Shown piece by piece: positions 53,334 to 61,980 of a DNA stretch of 64,000 nt. The stretch spans positions 744,001 through 808,000 of the forward strand of contig OX337240.1 in the NCBI GenBank assembly GCA_946965045.2, in the 5' to 3' direction. The notes below the pieces were generated by a model. It had not been told where the DNA came from and searched no databases. It was given only the letters and a program-made list of their open reading frames with translations. Position 1 is the first letter of the stretch. Every line of letters begins with the position of its first letter. The position numbers were made by a program, and so were the translations under genes. The DNA comes from Epithemia pelagica. Taxonomy: Eukaryota; Protista; Bacillariophyta.

Positions 53334-55409
53334 ATGGCCGCAAATGCCTTCCGTACTGCACTGGGCCGCTGTGGCTACGATAATGCTACCGTTGGGTACC
53401 TAACGCAACAGGGCTTCACGACAACGGATCAGTTTCTGGAGTTTCCTATCAACGAAGTCAAGCCCATGCTGAAGACATTAGCCAAGAACCTACCTGACGG
53501 TGTCACCCTACCCTACCAATTCAACCTCAAGTTCCTTGGCTTCCGAATGTGGTTGGAATACCGTTCTGTCCGTGGTCAAGACCTTGATGCTGGTGCTTAT
53601 ACTGGTGACGTAATCACCAAGTGGATGAGACGCGTAACGGAACTCGCGAATGCCACCACCACTGATGGTCAGGATGACCCAGTACCACCCAAAAGGCTAA
53701 CGAACCTTGCCGATTGGGAACGTCACGACGGAATGTGGCGCACGTACTTGGGTCAGCACCGTAATCCGACGACGGGAGTGCCGCTCACCTACGTATTGCG
53801 TGAGGAGTCCGACGTACCGGACGACGCACTAACCGCCGATTACGACTGCATTGACGACGACCTAGTCGCGACCACTCGTCATGAGGGGGACCAGTACAAA
53901 GCCGACCGACGCAGAGTGTATGAGCTGTACTACCCTCTTATCTACGATGGTCCGGCGTGGACGTTTGCTAAAACGCACGCAAAATCGAAGGACGGCCGTG
54001 AGGCCTACCTAACCGTCAAGCGGCAAGCCACTGGACAGGCCGCGAGCATCCTGCGCAAGAAACAGGCTTATGCGCAGATCGCAAATGCTAAGTTTACAGG
54101 ACGAGGGAAGTACCGCTTCCATGACTACATTCACCGTCACCAACATGCGCACAACACCCTGGAAGAGCTTGGCGAAACGGTCGCGGAAACGAAAAAAGTG
54201 ACCGATTTCATGAATGGGATCACCGATCCGACGCTCGTCCAAGCAAAGACCGTCGTCAACGGTGACCAGGAGAAGTTGGAGAACTTTGAAGCGTGCCAGC
54301 AATACTTCTTGACTGTGCACAGTGCCGCCAAAACCGAAACGCAGGACGACTCTCGCAAGATCGCTGCTGCTAGTACCACCCCAAGCAAAGGAAAGGGCAA
54401 AGGGCGCAATCAGAAAAAGAGCAAGAAAAAGAAGGACCGCGTTCATGCTGGTCACTACGATGCCGACGAATGGGCAGACCTGACGGAGGACGAACGCAAA
54501 CAAGTCCAGGCTCTTCGCAAAGAGCGCAAAGAAAAGCGGAAGCTTGGATCCGTCACCACAGACGACTCTTCCAACGCATCGTCGAAGAGGTCGAAAACGT
54601 CGCATGGGAGTACTGCTGAGGACGCAATCTCAGTAGACATTGATAACGACGCTAAGCCTGAGGCTAAGACCAACGTATCGGTCATCATGGAAGTAGACGA
54701 GAACTTGCTTGACTCCTCTGTTGACAACGTACCGTCGCCAGACAAGCACTCCAAGTTCCGCGCTTCCGCCTCACCTGCAAAATCATCCGAAGATGATTCG
54801 CAGCCGACAAAGTCCTCAGCTGGCAACAGCTTTGGACGTTTCGCGCATAAGGCTAAAGCACAACCGAACGAACCCGGATCTGCGTCCGTCAAATCCGTAC
54901 GTACTCGCCCCATGGGGGAATACGAGACCTATCCACCGAAGTGGCAATGGGAAGAGGACGGACGTCCTGATATGAGTCATATGACCATCCCACCAGTCCC
55001 GGAACACGGTGACATCTTTGTAAAGCTGCCGCTACCGGTCAAAGGCAAGTTTGCTGAAGGGCCTCGCAACGTCCGCTCACTTACCAAGCATGACCAAAGT
55101 ATGCTGAAAGGAAGCTTCCGCGAAGAGATCGACACTATTGTACACAATAGTCCAGTTTGGTCTTGGCGCTGGTCTAAAATGTCAGGCTATGAACGAGAAG
55201 AGCGCCAAATGTACCATGTGTGCAGACGCTTAGCCGAGCACACGGAAGTGTTCGACGAAGCTTTGAAATACACTATGCTTGCCAATGGACAATTGGCTGC
55301 CGCAGAGCGAAGGCGCAATGTATGCGGTCGTTATTCCGCCGATCTTGAATTCGATGTCCGTGACCCGAATGTCTCTGACAAGTCTGCCGACAAGTCTAAT
55401 TCCTCCTGA
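53334..55409 (+). CDS. gag: Gag of copia B with C-terminal extension
   Basis: 691-aa ORF after the LTR/UTR; capsid-like region and Y...EW..L...E....V..LR motif; no CCHC knuckle. Confidence 0.85.
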   Translation: MAANAFRTALGRCGYDNATVGYLTQQGFTTTDQFLEFPINEVKPMLKTLAKNLPDGVTLPYQFNLKFLGFRMWLEYRSVRGQDLDAGAYTGDVITKWMRRVTELANATTTDGQDDPVPPKRLTNLADWERHDGMWRTYLGQHRNPTTGVPLTYVLREESDVPDDALTADYDCIDDDLVATTRHEGDQYKADRRRVYELYYPLIYDGPAWTFAKTHAKSKDGREAYLTVKRQATGQAASILRKKQAYAQIANAKFTGRGKYRFHDYIHRHQHAHNTLEELGETVAETKKVTDFMNGITDPTLVQAKTVVNGDQEKLENFEACQQYFLTVHSAAKTETQDDSRKIAAASTTPSKGKGKGRNQKKSKKKKDRVHAGHYDADEWADLTEDERKQVQALRKERKEKRKLGSVTTDDSSNASSKRSKTSHGSTAEDAISVDIDNDAKPEAKTNVSVIMEVDENLLDSSVDNVPSPDKHSKFRASASPAKSSEDDSQPTKSSAGNSFGRFAHKAKAQPNEPGSASVKSVRTRPMGEYETYPPKWQWEEDGRPDMSHMTIPPVPEHGDIFVKLPLPVKGKFAEGPRNVRSLTKHDQSMLKGSFREEIDTIVHNSPVWSWRWSKMSGYEREERQMYHVCRRLAEHTEVFDEALKYTMLANGQLAAAERRRNVCGRYSADLEFDVRDPNVSDKSADKSNSS

Positions 55410-58400
55410 TGGAGTGTGCCCTGTGCATCCGCTGCCGAAGCAGTAAAAATTGATAAAACGAATCTTATTGTTCATTCGAATGCACACGTAGGCACCCATT
55501 ATAGTTATTCGAAACGTTTCGCACATCGTCTATGTGCTATGAACACCGACGAATATGGTGTTGAGACCATTGAGCTCACCTGTGAGTTGGACTCACATGC
55601 GGACACCTGTGCCGTGGGAAGAGACTTCGTAATGCTCTCCGAAGCCCACCGCTATATCAGTGTGCATCCGTTCGCGGAAGAATATAACCCGCTGACCAAT
55701 GTCCCTATTGCGACTGTTGCTACTGTCTGGACTGACAGCGAAAACCAGTCTTACTTGCTTGTCATTCACCAAGCATTGTTTTTAGGAGACCGTATGGGCA
55801 GTTCGTTACTCTGTCCGAACCAGATGCGTGCCCATGGCATCGTTGTCAACGACGTACCTAAACAGTTTGACCCGCACAGCACGCATAGTATCCACGTACC
55901 GGATGCCGATCTCACTATCCCGCTCACCATGGCTGGTGTGATAAGTGGTTTCGCCACTCGCAAACCCACTTCTGACGAGCTGGAACACTTGCCACAAGTT
56001 GTGCTAACTGCCGATAGCCCATGGCAACCTCGTTCTACCGCCTTTGCGGACGCGGAGGAGAAACTGGGTGTAGCTGCCGCTACTGTCGTTCGCAATGGCG
56101 ATCCGAATTCGATTGCCGCATCCTCCATTCCACGACTCATCAAAGCAGTGCGAACGTACCAGCATGCTTTTGCCAATCCATCACCCGATCTGGACGCCGA
56201 CGCACAAGGCGACGACCTATACGAACGCTTGATAGCGACGGTCACTGTTCATCCAGAGAAGGAGGAGCCTGATGTAGTCCCGGAGGACAAACGTGAACGT
56301 CGGCTGTACATGATCAAGACTGCTAACGAGTCTTCCCCAGCCGATCCTGCTGGAAAGGGAGTGCTTGACGCAGCTGTACTGTCACAACGTTGGGGCATTG
56401 GTTTACCCAAAGCAAAGAATACGCTTAAAGTGACGACGCAGGCTGGAGTACGAAACGTATTAATCCCATCTGAGCGTAAGGTCCGTAAGAAGGCACCGTG
56501 GCTCAAATTCCCCAATGTGAAAGGCCGTTGGTTCTCGGACGAGATGTTTGCCAAGGAAGTTTCACTGAACGGGGACACGGGCGCCTCGATCTTTACAGAC
56601 GGCAAAGGATTCGACCACGTTTATCCCTGGAAGTCGAAAAAGCAACATCCTGAAGGATTGATGTCTTTGATTCACAATGTAGGGATTCCCCAAACAATGG
56701 TATCTGATGGTGCCCGAGAATTGTTCCTGGGGAAGTCCCGTGAAATATGCAACGAGTACCGCATAAAGATGGAGAAAACGGTTCCTTATAGTCCATGGCA
56801 GAACGCCGCCGAAGCGAGCATTCGTGAACTAAAGAAGGGAGTTGTCAAGATTATGAGGACGACCGGCGCACCACGACGCTTATGGAGCTATGCTCTTAAA
56901 TGGTGCTCACACGTACGGCAACTCACGGCATCCGATATCCCTGAATTAGATGGACGTACACCGTTCGAGCATGTAATTGGCTCAACGCCAGACATCTCTC
57001 CATTAGCCATGTTCCAATTCTATCAGCCGGTGTATTATCGCATGCCCATGGCACAGTTTCCCTTCGAAAAAAGACTGATTGGCCGATGGTTGGGTTTAGC
57101 CGATGATTGCACCGATGATATGGCCTATGAAATCCTAACGCAAGAGGGCAATCATGTCACACGGAAAGATGTGTGGGCCATTCCGGAAGACGACCTGAAG
57201 AATCCGACGATTCATCAGCAGTTGTTGGACTATGATGTCGCTATTCAAACGCAAATGAAAGAGCCGCCATCTGATGGCACAACTGGGAGCGATCCACCCC
57301 CAGACCTCTTTGACGAAGGTGAACTTCTAGAGCCCTTGTTCCCAGAGGCCGAATCCCTGGAATCCGACGCGTACACGCCGGAGGAACTAGACGAATATCT
57401 CACCGCTGAAGTCATGCTGCCGCGAGGAGGTGAAAGCGCTCGAGCGAAAATCATTGGACGCACGAAAGATGCTCATGGGCGACCTATTGGTGAGCGCGAC
57501 GCAAACCCAATCCTTGATACCCGGTACTACGATGTACAGTTTCCGGATGGATCGGTCGAGTCGTATGCAACCAATATGATCGCAGAGAATCTGTATTCGC
57601 AAGTTGACCCGGAGGGCAATGCGTTCAACACATTGAAAGCCATTGTGGGTCACCGCAGTGATGAGACCGCAGTTAAGCGAACAGACGCATCGTTCCTTGA
57701 CGGCACATCACACCACACAACGAAAGGCTGGGAATTACAATGTGAACTGTCCGATCAATCGACTGTTTGGCTGCCGCTCAAAGACGTCAAGAATGGAAAT
57801 ATGATTGAAGCCGCCGAATATGCAGTATCCACTGGCATCGCAAAAGAGCCTGCTTTCGCATGGTGGGTGCCACGTGCACTTCGCAAACGAGACCGCATTA
57901 TCAAAAAGGTAAAGTCACGTTATTGGAAGCGAACGCACAAGTATGGCATTGAGTTGCCCCACTCTGTGGAAGAAGCCCTGACGATTGACCGCCGAACGGG
58001 GACTGATTTCTGGCGTAAGGCTATTGAGAAAGAAATGAAGAACGTTGGCATTGCTTTCGAATTTCCAGCTGATGGCGAAGTGCCTTCTGGATACAAGCAT
58101 ATTCCCTGTCATATGGTTTTTGACATCAAATCAGACCTGCGACGAAAAGCACGGTTAGTGGCCGGAGGCCACAAAACTGATCCACCCAAAGAATCGACCT
58201 ATTCTAGTGTGGTATCACGCGATAGCGTACGCATTGCTTTTACTATCGCTGCACTAAATGGTCTAGATGTTCTCGTCGGGGACGTGCAAAACGCATATCT
58301 CAACGCACCGACTAAAGAGAAGACCTATACCACCGCGGGACTCGAATTTGGACCAGATAAGGTTGGACAACCTGCACTGATAGTGCGCGCATTATATGGT

Positions 58401-59645
58401 CTCAAAAGTTCTGCCGCAAGGTGGCGTGATCACATCGCCGCAACGCTCCGCGACATGGGATTTAAGATGTGTCAAGCTGATCCAGATGTATGGATTCGAG
58501 CGAACACTCGACCATCTGATGGGTTCCAGTATTACGAGTATGTTTTGGTCTATATTGATGATCTGCTGATTGTAAGTCATGATCCCAAAACCGTGATGCA
58601 GGACCTGCAGAGGCGCTATACAATCAAGCCCGACAGTATCAAACCACCAGACGAATACTTGGGATCCGAAATACGGCGTTATACCATACCCGACACGCAA
58701 GATCCGTCGAACCGTGATCGTTGGGCCATGTCCGCTGATAAGTATTGTAAGCGTGCTCTTGCCGAAGTCGAAACGGAACTGGAGAAATCCGGAGAAAAGC
58801 TGAAGTCAAAAGTGACGACGCCGATCGCCGATGGATATCGCCCGGAATTGGATGCGACTCCTGAACTCGACGCAAGACGTGCGAACTATTACCAAGGACT
58901 GATCGGTATCCTCCGTTGGATTGTTGAACTCGGTCGTATCGACATTACAACCGCAGTCTCCCATATGTCCCGTTTTATGGCGAATCCACGAGAAGGACAT
59001 CTCGAGCAAACGTTGCACATCTTCGCGTATCTGAAGAAGTACGATAAATCCGCCATTGTGTTCGACGACACAACCCCTGACTTCGACGAGTCACGTTTTA
59101 CTAGACCGGATTGGTCTGAGTATTATCCTGATGCTGCCGAGCCGATTCCGCCAAACGCACCAGCACCGCGTGGAAACGCTGTCACCACGACTTGCTTTGT
59201 CGATGCTGATCATGCTGGATGTCGTGTCACACGGCGCTCTCAAACAGGAGTCCTACTGTTCATGCAACGAGCACCGATCATGTGGTATTCAAAACGACAA
59301 AACACTGTTGAGACGTCTACATTTGGCAGTGAGTTCGTGGCGATGAAAACTGCCATTGAAATGATTGAAGCATTTCGTTATAAGTTGCGAATGATGGGTA
59401 TCCCGTTGGATGGAGAGACGAATGTGTTTTGCGACAATGAATCTGTGTTTAAGAACTCGACGCAGCCGGAATCAGTCCTAAAGAAGAAGCACAACGCAAT
59501 TGCTTATCATCGGACTCGTGAAGCGCAAGCTGCTGGACTTGTGCGCATTGCATGGGAAGAGGGTGAAACGAATCTTGCCGATATCCTGACCAAACTGCTA
59601 CCCGGACCTCGATTGCGATTCTTGGCCCAACGTATCATGTGGTAG
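55410..59645 (+). CDS. pol: Pol of copia B (protease, integrase, chromo-like module, RT, RNase H), in frame with gag
   Basis: ELDSHADT; FSD/VSDG/AE integrase; KARLVAGG, ALYGLKSS, YIDD; FVDADHAG, FCDN, ADILTK. Confidence 0.95.
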   Translation, partial: WSVPCASAAEAVKIDKTNLIVHSNAHVGTHYSYSKRFAHRLCAMNTDEYGVETIELTCELDSHADTCAVGRDFVMLSEAHRYISVHPFAEEYNPLTNVPIATVATVWTDSENQSYLLVIHQALFLGDRMGSSLLCPNQMRAHGIVVNDVPKQFDPHSTHSIHVPDADLTIPLTMAGVISGFATRKPTSDELEHLPQVVLTADSPWQPRSTAFADAEEKLGVAAATVVRNGDPNSIAASSIPRLIKAVRTYQHAFANPSPDLDADAQGDDLYERLIATVTVHPEKEEPDVVPEDKRERRLYMIKTANESSPADPAGKGVLDAAVLSQRWGIGLPKAKNTLKVTTQAGVRNVLIPSERKVRKKAPWLKFPNVKGRWFSDEMFAKEVSLNGDTGASIFTDGKGFDHVYPWKSKKQHPEGLMSLIHNVGIPQTMVSDGARELFLGKSREICNEYRIKMEKTVPYSPWQNAAEASIRELKKGVVKIMRTTGAPRRLWSYALKWCSHVRQLTASDIPELDGRTPFEHVIGSTPDISPLAMFQFYQPVYYRMPMAQFPFEKRLIGRWLGLADDCTDDMAYEILTQEGNHVTRKDVWAIPEDDLKNPTIHQQLLDYDVAIQTQMKEPPSDGTTGSDPPPDLFDEGELLEPLFPEAESLESDAYTPEELDEYLTAEVMLPRGGESARAKIIGRTKDAHGRPIGERDANPILDTRYYDVQFPDGSVESYATNMIAENLYSQVDPEGNAFNTLKAIVGHRSDETAVKRTDASFLDGTSHHTTKGWELQCELSDQSTVWLPLKDVKNGNMIEAAEYAVSTGIAKEPAFAWWVPRALRKRDRIIKKVKSRYWKRTHKYGIELPHSVEEALTIDRRTGTDFWRKAIEKEMKNVGIAFEFPADGEVPSGYKHIPCHMVFDIKSDLRRKARLVAGGHKTDPPKESTYSSVVSRDSVRIAFTIAALNGLDVLVGDVQNAYLNAPTKEKTYTTAGLEFGPDKVGQPALIVRALYGLKSSAARWRDHIAATLRDMGFKMCQADPDVWIRANTRPSDGFQYYEYVLVYIDDLLIVSHDPKTVMQDLQRRYTIKPDSIKPPDEYLGSEIRRYTIPDTQDPSNRDRWAMSADKYCKRALAEVETELEKSGEKLKSKVTTPIADGYRPELDATPELDARRANYYQGLIGILRWIVELGRIDITTAVSHMSRFMANPREGHLEQTLHIFAYLKKYDKSAIVFDDTTPDFDESRFTRPDWSEYYPDAAEPIPPNAPAPRGNAVTTTCFVDADHAGCRVTRRSQTGVLLFMQRAPIMWYSKRQNTVETSTFGSEFVAMKTAIEMIEAFRYKLRMMGIPLDGETNVFCDNESVFKNSTQPESVLKKKHNAIAYHRTREAQAAGLVRIAWEEGETNLADILTKLLPGPRLRFLAQRIMW

Positions 59646-59766
59646 CACCCCTTTTAGATCCAAAATGGGATCGCCCCTTTTGAAGAATAGTCCGACGTAC
59701 TGGACCGGCCTCTGCTGACATGACGAACTAAACGAAGTTGCCCACCCCGATTTTGTTCGCGGGGAC

Positions 59767-60006
59767 TGAATAAATAATCACGGGCGCCCCCTTTGTAACC
59801 TACGAAGGGCCTCGCCATGCCTCGCTACGTACCGCCTGGCATCGCCCGGCCCCTAACTATGTGTTCGCTAGTGGGTACCGTGGTCGCTATTTGGCCCCTA
59901 CGTGAGCGATTTGCCCCCAAAGGGCACCCCTAGTTTAGTTATCATAATTTCTGATAGTTTGATTGTTGCAAGCCGTATATTGCGTCTGGCCGTCAGTTTT
60001 TATTCA
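59767..60006 (+). repeat. 3' LTR of copia B
   Basis: Follows the PPT; matches the 5' LTR. Confidence 0.95.
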
Positions 60007-60198
60007 CGAGATTTGCCCGTTCACTTTATCAATCCAGTCAAAAGAGAAGCAAAGAACGAAACCAATCATCATACTCCCATCAGAGTACTTCCAACCATTT
60101 CCCGACCCTGTCCATACAACTACTCTCTCCTCTTCCAGTGTCAAGACTTTTTGAGAAGGTGTCAAGATATCAGAAGGATCCTTCTGTTGTTACCCATC

Positions 60199-61425
60199 AT
60201 GATGGCCATGTCGAATCAACGTCATCCTTTCGAAGCGAACCGGGCTCGCAGTCTGGTGGTCACATCCCTGTTATGGATGCTGCTCTGCAGTACCGCCCCT
60301 ATATCCACAGGGGCTCTTTTATTTGGCGCTCGTCGAAGAGCCGTACTGCCAACGAGTATCCTTTCCAACGGTGACCAGCACCGTCTGGTTTCTCCACCAG
60401 AAGTACGTTCGTCACTTTTTGGACCAAGTTCGACCGAGGCTTTCTCTCGCATTCATGCATCGTCCTTGTCCTCGAGTGATGCGGCTGCGTCGGCGTCTTC
60501 TCCGTCCGACACGGACTTGCAGGCACCGAATGGAGCAGGTGCTTTGGTTCGACAGGGCCGAACGTTGAGTGCCTGGCAATCGAGATTGACCCGTCTTGGC
60601 ATGATGGCCTACATTGCCTCGCTCTGTGTGTTGCTTCCCTTGACGTTGCTTCCACAGAGGCTGGTATACATGGCGGGTCTCATGACGAAGCAACAAAAAG
60701 AACATTACGCGGTGGCAACCTCGGCCTTTTGTTGCCGATGGATGTTACGCCTCATTCCCTTTTGTCGTTTGACCTTTTATCCCTATCATCATCCCAACCC
60801 GGTCGAATCTGTGTGGGTCTGTAACCATTCCAGTCTTTTGGATGTGTTCATTTTGCTAGCGTCCGATCGACAAATGCGAGGAACCACCCGACGTCCCATC
60901 AAGATTGTGTATTGGAAAGAACTGGAAAAGAATCCAATTTGCAACATTATGTTCAAGCAAGCCGGATTTATTCCGGTTCAAATGGCTGCCAACAAGGCCG
61001 GTGAAGACAATGACTACGACAAGTCATCCTTCAAGAAACTACTCAAGGATAGCAAACAAGCCTTTGCCGATGGTTTTGATATTGGAATCTTACCCGAAGG
61101 TCAATTGAACCCCACTCCCGAAAAGGGCTTGCTTCCCGTCTTTTCGGGTGCCTTTACCTTGGCCCGCATGAGTCGTCGACCGATCCAAATGATGGCACTC
61201 CATGGCGTCCACGACTTGTGGCATCCCGTGCATGGCATGCATTGTGTGAGCCGTCACATCAAGGCACGGGCCTATCCCTACATGTTCCGATTTGCCAACT
61301 CCAAGGATTTTGTCGAGACCTTCAAGACCATTATTGGACATTTTGCGTTGCACGGTCAAGACTTGAGCGAAGACGAACAAAACAAAGTGCTGAGCAAGGT
61401 GCTCCTGTCGAGTAACAACAAGTGA
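60199..61425 (+). CDS. plsC: 1-acyl-sn-glycerol-3-phosphate acyltransferase (LPAT/PlsC family), probably organelle-targeted
   Basis: VWVCNHSSLLD (NHxxxxD), GFIPV, ILPEG; N-terminal presequence. Start codon inferred. Confidence 0.85.
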   Translation: MMAMSNQRHPFEANRARSLVVTSLLWMLLCSTAPISTGALLFGARRRAVLPTSILSNGDQHRLVSPPEVRSSLFGPSSTEAFSRIHASSLSSSDAAASASSPSDTDLQAPNGAGALVRQGRTLSAWQSRLTRLGMMAYIASLCVLLPLTLLPQRLVYMAGLMTKQQKEHYAVATSAFCCRWMLRLIPFCRLTFYPYHHPNPVESVWVCNHSSLLDVFILLASDRQMRGTTRRPIKIVYWKELEKNPICNIMFKQAGFIPVQMAANKAGEDNDYDKSSFKKLLKDSKQAFADGFDIGILPEGQLNPTPEKGLLPVFSGAFTLARMSRRPIQMMALHGVHDLWHPVHGMHCVSRHIKARAYPYMFRFANSKDFVETFKTIIGHFALHGQDLSEDEQNKVLSKVLLSSNNK

Positions 61426-61980
61426 GGCGGAGGAGCCAGGGAGCGTGTGTGTATGTGTTCGTTCGGAGCACCACTAAAACTGTACAATATACGAAACGGA
61501 GCGGAGGAGACAATGATCAAATCACAAGGAATGCCGAAAACCAGTGGACCATGTCTCCTGACATGTTGCTGTCGGGCTACTTACTCTATTAGGAAGGCCG
61601 GCGACCCCTATTGACTAATAGAAGGTGTGTATGTACACTAAACAATCACAGGAGTGTGTATGAGGCTACGGGAAAGGGATACGACATGGAGCTATTACTC
61701 AAACTAAATCGTAGTCTTTCACCTTGACATGACTTGTAGGTTCCTGTACCACAATGAGAATAGAAGATTCTGGTGTAGCAAAGGCGCACAGATAAACAAT
61801 CACTCAACACCTATGGACATGGCGAAATGATCGTTTGTTCTTTTCTAGGGAGTCATAAAGAAGCCTAAATGAATAAAGGATGAATGCTACTCTACGGTTG
61901 AAAACTGACACGAGTGAACATATCCTATCTTTTTGTTTTCCGTCCAATGGCGAAAAGTTGAGTTGTTGTTGTTGTTGTTG

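Larger units (their letters stand above)
52600..60006 (+). mobile_element. Ty1/copia LTR retrotransposon B (CoDi-like), full length
   Basis: 240-bp LTRs TGAATAAA..TTTATTCA with one mismatch (52824 T vs 59991 C); flanking direct repeat CGAG; PPT CGCGGGGAC; gag and pol intact. Confidence 0.97.

Noticed and set aside
59646-59766. SECIS-like element in the copia B 3' UTR (ATGACGAACTAAACGAAGTTG) that might decode the gag/pol UGA as selenocysteine
   Set aside because: The hairpin after ATGA is only about 5 bp and there is no 3' GA quartet; it does not match the real SECIS elements at 33560 and 34936.
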